DNA of 20,000 nt from assembly GCA_013151235.1 (NCBI GenBank), contig JAADIO010000005.1, positions 107,659 to 127,658 on the forward strand, read 5' to 3'. The notes under the pieces were generated by a model. It searched no databases and was not told the DNA's origin. It worked only from the letters and a program-made list of their open reading frames with translations. The number at the start of each line of letters is the position of its first letter. Position 1 is the stretch's first letter. Shown here in pieces: positions 9,098 to 16,937 of this stretch. The translations under genes and the position numbers were made by a program. Origin of the DNA: Deltaproteobacteria bacterium. GTDB lineage: Bacteria; CG2-30-53-67.

Positions 9098-10385
9098 CCC
9101 TGCTCCCGACTGACGGATTGCAGCATCTTCCAGAACCCGGGGAAAGACGTCTGAATGCAGGAGACATCTTCGATCGTTGTTCCCCGGTCACACCGCAGTC
9201 CCGCCACGGCCATGGCCATGGCCACCCTGTGATCACCGAAACTGCTGCAAAGCCCCCCCCGTAATGTGTCCCGCCCCCGGACGGCAAGGCCATCATCATA
9301 TTCTTCCACCTCCGCTCCGATGGTGCGAAGGTTCTCGACCATCGCATGAATCCGGTCGGTCTCTTTCACCCGCAGTTCGGCGGCGCCGGTAATCTTCGTC
9401 TCCCCCCGGGCAAAGGCCGCAGCAACACAGAGGATGGGGAACTCATCAATCGTGGAGGGAATCTCTTCCGGCCGGACGGTCGTCCCTTCAAGGTCCGCAT
9501 CTTCCACGTACAGATCGGCGATCGGTTCTTCTCCCCCCGCCTTCTCTTCGACCCGGATCCGCGCGCCCATCCGCTTAAGGATCTTCAACAAACCCACGCG
9601 GGTCGGATTGATCCCCACATCACGCAGGACAATCTGCGACCCTCCGATCAGGGAGGCGGCTACCAGGAAAAAAGCCGCCGAAGAAAAATCGGAAGGAACA
9701 TCAACCGTACAAGCGGAAAGCATCCCCCCCCCTGCACCGACACCGTCGTCCCCTCCCGTTCCACGGCATAACCGAACTGTCGCAGCATCCGCTCCGTGTG
9801 ATCCCTCGACAAGGTCGGTTCGGTAACCGACGTCCGGCCCGAGGCACTGAGCCCGGCAAAGAGAAGGGACGATTTCACCTGGGCGCTGGAAACGGGCGAG
9901 ACATACTCCATGCCCTGTAGCCCTCCACCGCGAACGGCCAGCGGAGCCAGGCGGGCCTCCTCCCTTCCAAGGATGGAGGCGCCCATCATCCGGAGTGGAC
10001 GGGTGACCCGCCCCATGGGACGCCGACAGAGATATTCATCCCCCGTCAGGACGGCAAAAAAATCCCGTCCCGCGAGCAAGCCGACTAAAAGACGCATCCC
10101 CGTTCCGGAGTTGCCCATATCGAGAACCCCTTCCGGTTCCTGCAACCCGGAAAGACCCTTACCCCGAAGGATGATCCGTTCCCCTTCGTCCCGGATGGCG
10201 ACACCCATTTTCCGGAAGGCCCGCAGGGTATTCAGGGAATCCTCTCCCCGAAGCAACCCCCGGATTTCCGTCTCCCCTTCCGCGATCGACCCTAAGATGA
10301 CGGCCCGGTGAGAGATCGATTTATCTCCCGGCACCCGGAGTTCTCCCTTTAATGAACCCGATTTTTTTACGACCTGTCGTTTCAT
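9094..10385 (-). CDS. aroA: 3-phosphoshikimate 1-carboxyvinyltransferase, split by a frameshift at a G9 tract (+ strand C9, 9724-9732)
   Basis: N-half has [30 protein letters not shown]-half in another frame has [25 protein letters not shown]. Adding one G gives a single ~430-aa ORF. Confidence 0.93.
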
Positions 10386-10386
10386 A

Positions 10387-11250
10387 TCAGAGTTTCTTTC
10401 GAAGGTTCTTTGCTTCCTGAAAGGTCCGGCTCAACGTTTCAAAATGGTCCCCCCGGATCTGCAACTTGATCTTTTCCAGCACCGCCTCGTACTGTTCGAT
10501 CATTTCCACGATTTTCTTCCGGTTCATCCGGCAGATGTCCCGCCACATCTCCGGATGACTCGCCGCAATGCGGGTCATATCCCGAAAACCGCCTGCCGCA
10601 TAATCGGTAATATCGGGATAGTCCTCCGTCATTTCCATCAATGTCCCGGCCAGGGCATAGGCAACCATATGAGGCAGATGGCTCACCGCGGCAAGAATCG
10701 TATCGTGTGCGTCGGCCTCCATCTCAACCACAAGGGAGCCGACCGATTCCCACATTGCATGGACCCGGGCCAACGCCTCGGAATCCGTCCGCCGGGTCGG
10801 CGTCAGGATGGTCCGGCGATGCAGAAAGAGGTCCTCCCGTGCAGCGGAAGCCCCCGACGCTTCACTCCCGGCAATGGGGTGTCCCCCCACGAAACACACA
10901 CCCGCCGGAAGGCCGGACTCCAGTTCCTTCACCAGCTCTTCTTTCACACTCCCCACATCGGTCAGGAGGGTCCCCTCCTCTAACAGGGGGGCGATTTCCT
11001 TCCCGATCGTCACGATACCCTGGACCGGTGTGGCCAGCACAACAAGATCCGCGCCGGGCAGGGCTTTTCCAGGATCATGAAAGTATACATCGACAGCGCC
11101 CCGTTCCCGGGCCTGCTCCAGGTTCTCCCGGCCTCGTCCGACACCGACGACCTTACCGAAGATCCCTTTCGCTTTCCCGGCCAGGCCGAGGGACCCTCCG
11201 ATCAGGCCGACGCCGATGATCACCACTTTTTCAAACCAACACTTTTGCAT
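10387..11250 (-). CDS. tyrA: Prephenate/arogenate dehydrogenase
   Basis: GVGLIGGS Rossmann motif, [16 protein letters not shown]...[16 protein letters not shown]. Start is uncertain among 11256, 11253 and 11250. Confidence 0.95.
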   Translation of the reverse strand: MQKCWFEKVVIIGVGLIGGSLGLAGKAKGIFGKVVGVGRGRENLEQARERGAVDVYFHDPGKALPGADLVVLATPVQGIVTIGKEIAPLLEEGTLLTDVGSVKEELVKELESGLPAGVCFVGGHPIAGSEASGASAAREDLFLHRRTILTPTRRTDSEALARVHAMWESVGSLVVEMEADAHDTILAAVSHLPHMVAYALAGTLMEMTEDYPDITDYAAGGFRDMTRIAASHPEMWRDICRMNRKKIVEMIEQYEAVLEKIKLQIRGDHFETLSRTFQEAKNLRKKL

Positions 11251-11305
11251 CATCAAGGCTCCATGCCGGCACGCTTTTCAAATTTCTATGGCTACGGGGT
11301 CCTGT

Positions 11306-12385
11306 TCATCCGGCGGAAAGGACCTTCGTCAAGGCGGTCACCAGTCGTTGATTCTCTTCCGGAAGGCCGATGGTGATCCGCAGGTATCCTCCCCCCATGG
11401 GACGAACAATCACCCCTTCCCGCAGCAACGCCTCATGCAAACCCCTTCCATCCCGTCCGGTGTCAATCCAGATGAAATTGGCCTCCGTCGGTGTAAAAGC
11501 AAGGCCGAGGCCCTTGAGTGCCCGGTAGAGAAAGTTCCTTCCTTCACGGTTGACGGCAAGGCTTTTGCCCACATGCGAATCATCTCCCAGCGCGGCGAGG
11601 GCCGCCGCCTGCGCCAGCGACCCCGTATTGAAAGGCTCCCGCACCCGGTTTAAGGCATCGATGATTTCCGGATGGGCAAATCCGTAACCGATCCGGAGCC
11701 CGGCCAGACCGTAGATCTTGGAAAAGGTCCGAAGGACCATGACATTCCGTCCCGCCTTCAAAAACTCCAGACCGTCGGGGTAATCGGGCGACTCCACGTA
11801 TTCGAAGTAGGCCTCATCCATGACAACCAGTGTCTCCGCAGGGATCGCGGCAAAAAAACGGTCGAGGGCCTCCCGGGTGACGATCGTCCCCGTCGGGTTG
11901 TTGGGATTGGCGATAAAAACGCAGAGGGTCCGCTCATCCACCCGCTCCGCAAGGGCATCGAGATCATAGGTCTCCGCCTTCATCGGAGCGGCACGGTACT
12001 CCCCTCCCACCGCCTGCGTCACCAAGGGATAGACGACAAAGGACTTTTCCGAGGAGACGGTATTCATCCCCGGTTGGTAGAAGGTCCTGACGATCAGTTC
12101 CAGCAGCTCATTCGACCCGTTACCGAGAATGATCTCCTGCGGCGTCACGTCAAACCGTTCGGCCAGGGTCCCTTTCAGATAATAGCCGTTTCCGTCGGGA
12201 TAACGATGAAGATCATGCAGATGCCTCGACACGGCGTCGAGGGCTTTCGGTGAAGGGCCGAGAGGGTTTTCATTGGAGGCAAGCTTGACGGTCTTTTTCA
12301 GTCCGAGTTCCCGTTCTACCTCGTCGATCGGTTTCCCCGGCACGTAGGGAGTCAGCTTGCGGATATGCTCCGGCACGCGGGTCAT
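11306..12385 (-). CDS. hisC: Histidinol-phosphate / aromatic aminotransferase
   Basis: KLASNENP, RYPD, GNGSNE, NPNNPTG, DEAY, RTFSKIYGLAGLRIGY. Confidence 0.96.
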   Translation of the reverse strand: MTRVPEHIRKLTPYVPGKPIDEVERELGLKKTVKLASNENPLGPSPKALDAVSRHLHDLHRYPDGNGYYLKGTLAERFDVTPQEIILGNGSNELLELIVRTFYQPGMNTVSSEKSFVVYPLVTQAVGGEYRAAPMKAETYDLDALAERVDERTLCVFIANPNNPTGTIVTREALDRFFAAIPAETLVVMDEAYFEYVESPDYPDGLEFLKAGRNVMVLRTFSKIYGLAGLRIGYGFAHPEIIDALNRVREPFNTGSLAQAAALAALGDDSHVGKSLAVNREGRNFLYRALKGLGLAFTPTEANFIWIDTGRDGRGLHEALLREGVIVRPMGGGYLRITIGLPEENQRLVTALTKVLSAG

Positions 12386-12397
12386 CCCGTCTCCCCC

Positions 12398-13468
12398 CTA
12401 CGCCCGGGCCCGGGGATAGGAACCAAGGACCTTCAGGAAGAAGGCGTCCTTTCCCAGCCGGTCCAGGGCTTTGCGTATCGGCGGGTCCTGCTCGTGACCT
12501 TCCAGATCGACGAAAAAGACATACTCCCAGGCCTTCTGGCCCGAAGGACGGGATTCAATCTTGGTCAGGTTGATCCCCTCCTCGGCAAAGGGCTGCAGGA
12601 ACCGGAACAGGGCGCCCGGCTCATTCCTGAAGGCAAACACGACCGAAGTCTTGTCATCACCGGTCGGCTGCGCCGGCTCTTTTGCAATCGTCAGGAAACG
12701 GGTAACGTTGTCGGTATTGTCTTCTATCCTTTTCTCGATCACTTTCAATCCATAGTGCCGGGCCGCGGCATCGCCGGCAATGGCGGCCGCCTCGGGATCT
12801 TCCGAGGCCCGCTGTGCCGCTCCGGCCGTACTCTCCATATCGATGATCGGCAGATGGGGGATATGCTGCTCGATCCAACGGCGGCACTGGGCCGTCGGTT
12901 GCGGAAACGAGTAGACCTTGCGGACCTTCTCCATCTCCCCGGAAAGGCTGAGGAGAGAATGAGAGATCGGAAGCAGGATCTCGGAGGTGATCTTGAGTTC
13001 AGACCTCATGAAGTTATCCAGGGCATTGTTGACCACCCCTTCGATCGAGTTTTCAATGGGAACCACACCATAGTGTACACGACCCCGTTCCACCTCATCG
13101 AAGACCTCGCTGAAACTGCGCACCGGGATCAGGCAGGCGGAACTCCCGTAATTTTTCAGACAAGCCAGATGAGAGAAGGTCCCTTCCGGACCGAGATAGG
13201 CCACCTTGACCGGTTCCTCGAGCGCCAGGGATGCGGACATGATCTCCCGGTAGATTGCCTCCAGAGCCTCGTTCGACAACGGCCCGGGATTCAACTTCCC
13301 GATTCGCTCCAGGACCGCCTTCTCGCGGGAAGGAGCATGAAAATTCCGGTTCTCCCGGCTCTTCAACTCCCCGATCCGCCGGGCAATCGAAGCCCGTTCG
13401 TTCAGCCCTTTGAGGAGGGCCTCATCGATGGAATCGATTTTCCTGCGAAGGTCTTCCAATGAAGTCAT
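12398..13468 (-). CDS. pheA: Bifunctional chorismate mutase / prephenate dehydratase (P-protein)
   Basis: N-terminal AroQ domain (LR..ID.ID), YLGPEGTFS, PIENSIEG, NVTRF, ACT domain with LTKIESRP. Confidence 0.97.
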   Translation of the reverse strand: MTSLEDLRRKIDSIDEALLKGLNERASIARRIGELKSRENRNFHAPSREKAVLERIGKLNPGPLSNEALEAIYREIMSASLALEEPVKVAYLGPEGTFSHLACLKNYGSSACLIPVRSFSEVFDEVERGRVHYGVVPIENSIEGVVNNALDNFMRSELKITSEILLPISHSLLSLSGEMEKVRKVYSFPQPTAQCRRWIEQHIPHLPIIDMESTAGAAQRASEDPEAAAIAGDAAARHYGLKVIEKRIEDNTDNVTRFLTIAKEPAQPTGDDKTSVVFAFRNEPGALFRFLQPFAEEGINLTKIESRPSGQKAWEYVFFVDLEGHEQDPPIRKALDRLGKDAFFLKVLGSYPRARA

Positions 13469-13525
13469 TGCGAAACAGTTTTCCTTTCCTGGGGCCGCAC
13501 CAGAAAATCGGGTTCAGGAATTTGC

Positions 13526-13554
13526 AGTTTAACGGACTCTCCCGAACGAATCAA
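13526..13554 (-). promoter_or_regulatory. Candidate promoter of the pheA-sppA operon
   Basis: Minus strand TTGATT-17 bp-TAAACT, about 55 nt upstream of pheA. Confidence 0.5.
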
Positions 13555-13602
13555 TCAATTTCTGAAACAGGAGCAGAACTGCGGGAAGGGGCGGCGGGCC
13601 TT

Positions 13603-14049
13603 CTATTCGGGCGGACGCACGGTCAGGACCGGACAGGAGGCGCTTCGAACCAGTTTCTCCGTTGTACTCCCGAGCAGAAAACGGGAGAGTCCTTTGCGGC
13701 CATGGGTCCCCACCACGACAAGATCGACATGCTCCTCACGAATCACCTCAAGCAGTTCATGAATCACATCGCCGATCTTCATAATTTTCTTGACGGAAAC
13801 ACCCTGGTTGATTATTTCAGCCGCATGTTGATCCAACGCCTTGGTCACCTGTTCCCGGATCAGCTCCTCCATCTGTGTCGCGGCATGGACCTCGCTGTAG
13901 GCATCATACATTTCATACCGGATATCGACGATGGAAACGAGAACGACCTCCGCCTGAAGTGCCCGGCAAAGATTCACGGCATACTCAAGGGCATAATGAG
14001 AATATTCGGAACCATCCGTGGGAATCAGGATTCTTTTGATAAAGGACAT
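13603..14049 (-). CDS. Universal stress protein (UspA family)
   Basis: ILIPTDGS, DLVVVGTHGRKG, LLGSTTEKLVR.A.CPVLTV. GGAGG RBS. Confidence 0.95.
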   Translation of the reverse strand: MSFIKRILIPTDGSEYSHYALEYAVNLCRALQAEVVLVSIVDIRYEMYDAYSEVHAATQMEELIREQVTKALDQHAAEIINQGVSVKKIMKIGDVIHELLEVIREEHVDLVVVGTHGRKGLSRFLLGSTTEKLVRSASCPVLTVRPPE

Positions 14050-14086
14050 GGCTGCACCTCCCTCTCTAATTTACCGGACCGACGGC

Positions 14087-14608
14087 TTATTCCCCGCCGC
14101 ATTCTCCTTCGTCCCCCCGGATCTTATCCAGGGCATGCGGAAGGGCGGGAAGGAGAACGGCAAGGTTTTCCCTGACCCCCCGGGGACTGCCGGGAAGATT
14201 CACGATCAACGTTTCCTTCCGGATCCCGCAGACGGCCCTCGAAATCATGGCATGGGGGGTCTTCTTCAGGGAGGCCGCCCGCATCGCTTCGGCCATCCCC
14301 GGCAGTTTCCGGTCGAGGACCCGCAGGGTTGCATCCGGTGTCACATCCCGGGGAGAAACGCCGGTTCCTCCCGTGGTCAGAATCAGATCGACTTCTCTAC
14401 TGTCCGACAACCGACGCAGAACCGCCTCAATCTCCGGCTGTTCATCGGGAAGAATCTCCTGGAACACCACCTTCGCGGAAAGGGAAAGAATCATCTCCCG
14501 CAGAACCCCGCCGCTGACATCCTCCCGTTCCCCCCGGGCCCCCTTGTCACTCAACGTCAGCAGAGCCACCCGGTAGAACCTGTTTCGTTCCTGCCCTTTT
14601 TCCACCAC
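14087..14608 (-). CDS. mog: Molybdopterin adenylyltransferase (MogA/MoaB family)
   Basis: LTLSD, D.SG, TTGGTG.SPRDVTPDAT, SRA, NLPGSP. GTG start at 14608 follows GGAGG. Confidence 0.92.
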   Translation of the reverse strand: MVEKGQERNRFYRVALLTLSDKGARGEREDVSGGVLREMILSLSAKVVFQEILPDEQPEIEAVLRRLSDSREVDLILTTGGTGVSPRDVTPDATLRVLDRKLPGMAEAMRAASLKKTPHAMISRAVCGIRKETLIVNLPGSPRGVRENLAVLLPALPHALDKIRGDEGECGGE

Positions 14609-14609
14609 T

Positions 14610-15062
14610 TCAGCGGTCCTCCCCCGACTCCAGCACCGTAAGGAGATCTCCCGGCCGGACCACACCCCCGCGTAAGACCCGCACAAAAATCCCCTCCTTC
14701 GGCATCACGCAATCACCGGCCTGACGGTAGACGGCACAGCGACTGCCGTGGCACTCCTTCCCGATCTGCGTCACCTCGATTTCAATCTCTTCCCCGATCG
14801 AAAGTTGTGTCCCCACCGGGAGACTCAGCAAGTCCATCCCCTCGGTCGTCAAATTCTCCGCAAAATCTCCGGGACCGACATCAAGTCCTTTCTCCTGCAT
14901 TCCGGCGATACTCTCAATGGCCAGCAGGGAGATCTGCCGGTGCCACTTCCCGGCATGGGCATCCGATTCGATCCCGTAACCCGCTCTCACCTCGGCCGAG
15001 GGAACGCTCTTTTTCTTCTCTCCCTTTTCGGCGCTGACATTGACGGAAACAATTCGTCCCAA
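14610..15062 (-). CDS. MOSC domain-containing protein
   Basis: DAHAG.WHRQ.SLL, GDFAENLTT, TQIGKECH..C, GDCVMPKEGIF. TTG start at 15062 follows AAGGAG. Confidence 0.92.
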   Translation of the reverse strand: MGRIVSVNVSAEKGEKKKSVPSAEVRAGYGIESDAHAGKWHRQISLLAIESIAGMQEKGLDVGPGDFAENLTTEGMDLLSLPVGTQLSIGEEIEIEVTQIGKECHGSRCAVYRQAGDCVMPKEGIFVRVLRGGVVRPGDLLTVLESGEDR

Positions 15063-15082
15063 CTCTCTTTTCTCCTTCAGAG

Positions 15083-15185
15083 ATCCAACGTCAAAAAAGG
15101 GCCCGGCAAACGGATGAGAGTCTCTCAAGATAAAACTTGGAAAGTACCGCGTTTGTCGGCGGTCCGCACGAGCGACTGGTTGGAC
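15083..15185 (-). other. Eroded attC-like site downstream of the antitoxin
   Basis: Minus strand R'' GTCCAAC (15185-15179), 5-bp spacer, then GCTCGTGCGGACCGCCG. CCGACAAACG pairs with CGTTTGCCGG. R' GTTGGAT (15089-15083). The L' box is degenerate. Confidence 0.55.
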
Positions 15186-15196
15186 CGTCCAGCTGC

Positions 15197-15493
15197 TTAC
15201 ACCGTTGCTTCCGCATGCAACTTCAAACCAAGCGCTTTCAATACCTTAAGGATCGTATCAAAATTAGGGGTTCTTTCACCGGAGAGCGCCTTGTAAAGAC
15301 TTTCACGCGACAGGCCGGCATCACGAGCCACTTGCGACATACCTTTGGCACGGGCAATATCACCTAAGGCTTTAGCAATGAATGCAGCATCACCATTTGC
15401 CTCTTCAAGACAAGCCTCAAAATAGGTGGCCATCTCTTCCGGAGTACGAAGATACTCGGCGACATCGTATCGGGTAGTGATGGTTTTCGCCAT
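15197..15493 (-). CDS. Addiction module antidote protein (HI1420/HigA-like HTH antitoxin)
   Basis: YD.AEYL...E, ALGDIARAKGMSQVARDAGLSRESLYKALS, P.F.TILKV..ALG. AGGAG RBS. Confidence 0.93.
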   Translation of the reverse strand: MAKTITTRYDVAEYLRTPEEMATYFEACLEEANGDAAFIAKALGDIARAKGMSQVARDAGLSRESLYKALSGERTPNFDTILKVLKALGLKLHAEATV

Positions 15494-15502
15494 GATATAC
15501 TC

Positions 15503-15792
15503 CTATAAATTTTGCGCCAGGCGCAAGGCAGTCCTGATATCTTCGGCCTGGCTGTTTTTGTCACCACCGGCCAGCAAAACAACCAAGGTCCTCCTGTGCT
15601 GTTTGTAATAAACCCGATAACCAAGTCCGTAGTCAATTTGCACCTCTGAGATGCCTGCACTGACAGGCCTGGCATCTCCTGGATTTTGGCTGCCGACCGT
15701 TTAACTCGCACCAGAATACGAGCACGGGCCCGAATGTCCCTTAAACCGTTGAACCATTTTGCAAAAACCTCCGTCTTGCGAATCTCAACCAT
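15503..15792 (-). pseudogene. Addiction module killer protein (HI1419/HigB, RelE superfamily), frameshifted
   Basis: MVEIRKTEVFAKW..GLRD.RARARI, then a 1-nt deletion near 15684-15687, then NPGDARPVSAGISEVQIDYGLGYRVYY...LLAGGDKNSQAEDI...L*. The span is 290 nt, one short of 97 codons. Confidence 0.88.
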
Positions 15793-15798
15793 GGCCAC

Positions 15799-15827
15799 AC
15801 TGTAGCCCAAAGGATACACAATGTCAA
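15799..15827 (-). promoter_or_regulatory. TA promoter (probably leaderless) with overlapping operator palindrome
   Basis: TTGACA-17 bp-TACAGT, only 6 nt before the toxin ATG. Inverted repeat TGTAGCC-N4-GGATACA (15801-15818) overlaps the spacer and -10. Confidence 0.75.
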
Positions 15828-15919
15828 TAGACAATTGTTAATACCATGGCAGGAGCTTGGGGTCATGCCCTCGAGAGCAGTCCTCTTGGGATCTTTAATC
15901 TTTTGGGGTCTTTAATTCT

Positions 15920-15939
15920 TGATGGTCTCGTAAAAAATC
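15920..15939 (+). repeat. Solo terminal repeat of element C family
   Basis: TGATGGTCTCGTAAAAAATC matches the TIR at 1695-1714 at 18/20 positions. No partner end was found. Confidence 0.6.
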
Positions 15940-15953
15940 CAAGACCCTTTCAT

Positions 15954-16169
15954 CTATAGCGCATGCGGAGGTGGCGGGATCACTATCCCTTGACCTGGCG
16001 ACGGTGGTGGAACCTGCCCCGGAGGTGGCGGAGGCGTTGTTTGCCCATATCCAGGGTCAGATGGCGTACCCAGCAAAGGTGTTTTGTCTTGTGCGTTTGC
16101 TATGGCCATTCCTTCCACCAACAGTAATGTTAGTACTAGCGGAACTACGATCAGTCGAAAATTAGTCAT
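15954..16169 (-). CDS. Small secreted proline-rich protein (71 aa)
   Basis: AAGGAG RBS. ATG overlaps the upstream TAA (TAATG). Signal peptide ending ANA-Q, followed by poly-Pro repeats. Confidence 0.6.
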   Translation of the reverse strand: MTNFRLIVVPLVLTLLLVEGMAIANAQDKTPLLGTPSDPGYGQTTPPPPPGQVPPPSPGQGIVIPPPPHAL

Positions 16170-16411
16170 TATAGTTCTCCTTTTGTTTTGTATTTTTTTA
16201 TCTCTTTTTCCAATGCTCCAAGTCTGGCGCCCATAGCAACCAGCTCGTGCCAGACGAAATATCCAACAACGGAGATCAACACCCATGACAATATACCCGT
16301 GCCGCCTGGGCCAACTATGGGTGGCATTGGACCGACTAAAGCACATCCGGACAATGACACAATGACCGTCGTCACGCTGATGAGGAAAACTAGTCTTGGT
16401 ACATGTTTCAT
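16169..16411 (-). CDS. Small membrane lipoprotein-like protein (80 aa), first gene after attC
   Basis: GAGG RBS, lipobox LSGC, second TM segment and a basic coiled-coil tail. Starts ~27 nt after the attC core, as expected for a cassette gene. Confidence 0.65.
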   Translation of the reverse strand: MKHVPRLVFLISVTTVIVSLSGCALVGPMPPIVGPGGTGILSWVLISVVGYFVWHELVAMGARLGALEKEIKKYKTKGEL

Positions 16412-16437
16412 GAAATCTTCCTCTTTTTATTTCTTAC

Positions 16438-16508
16438 GTGTAACGATTGAAAACATCGGCGCTAGACAGCACAGCTGTTTGGCGTCCGGGTGCCTTGATT
16501 GGTGAGCC
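16438..16508 (-). other. Integron attC recombination site (71 bp)
   Basis: Minus strand GGCTCAC-CAATC-AAGGCACCCGGACGCCAAACAGC-TGT-GCTGTCTAGCGCCGATGTTTT-CAATC-GTTACAC. The bottom strand folds into a long stem with extrahelical T and G on the R''/L'' arm and a 5x5 unpaired spacer. Confidence 0.8.
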
Positions 16509-16524
16509 AATTAGTAACACTTAT

Positions 16525-16703
16525 AAAAAATCGTTTTACACAATGACAAATAGGTCTGCTCGATACGGCGGCTGTAATGGCGGGAACGCAGGGCCTCCAA
16601 TAACCCGGTCGAGACGTCTCGGCTTTTGGGGTCGTGGCCGCTGCATGGCAAAAACGCTAAGGGGGGAGGCACAAACGATCGGAGGAGAAATAGTATCCAA
16701 CAT
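16525..16703 (-). pseudogene. intI: 5' fragment of an integron integrase (two +1 frameshifts, truncated)
   Basis: Joining three frames gives ...KPRRLDR/LLEALRSRHYSRRIEQTY/CHCVKRFF, matching the IntI N-terminal pattern KP.LLD.LR.ALR.RHYS.RTE..Y..W.KRF. ATG at 16703 follows AGGTG. Confidence 0.8.
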
Positions 16704-16735
16704 TTTGCACCTATTTTTCAGGATGAATATACGTG

Positions 16736-16764
16736 ATACTATATTTTGGACTTTCTTCTGTCAA
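16736..16764 (-). promoter_or_regulatory. Sigma70 promoter upstream of the intI remnant
   Basis: TTGACA-17 bp-TAGTAT, about 30 nt upstream of the intI ATG. Confidence 0.65.
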
Positions 16765-16782
16765 GGCCTTTTTAGCGACATC

Positions 16783-16937
16783 CGCCGAGGGTAAACCCCG
16801 GCGCTGCAAGACTTTTGCTTTTGACCTTTCAAATTCCCCCATCCCCCCTTTAGCTAAAAAGGGGGAGCACAAGGCCGTGGTCCATCGCTCTTGATCCTTG
16901 TCTTTTCCCCGTGACACCCCGTGTCCCCCGTGGTTAA
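16783..16937. repeat. Cluster of short palindromes and oligomer repeats
   Basis: Hairpin CGCCGAGGG-TAAA-CCCCGGCG (16783-16803), CCCCCTTT..AAAGGGGG palindrome (~16843-16865), and three CCCCGTG units at 9-bp period (~16907-16931). Confidence 0.5.

Noticed and set aside
5755-14641. Long + strand ORFs (for example 7590-8579, 12365-13462, 6664-7539)
   Set aside because: They are antisense shadows of well-supported minus-strand housekeeping genes in GC-rich DNA, with no recognisable motifs.
15364-15834. 156-aa ORF as a novel long toxin
   Set aside because: It is the toxin N-terminus running out of frame after the 1-nt deletion and overlapping the antitoxin.
16695-16701. GTTGGAT (minus strand) identical to the core at 15083-15089, as attI or island boundary repeat
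   Set aside because: It lies in the first codons of the intI remnant, no L box is recognisable, and a 7-bp match can be chance.
16447-16794. 115-aa + strand ORF
   Set aside because: It spans the attC, the antisense intI remnant and the promoter, all better explained on the minus strand.
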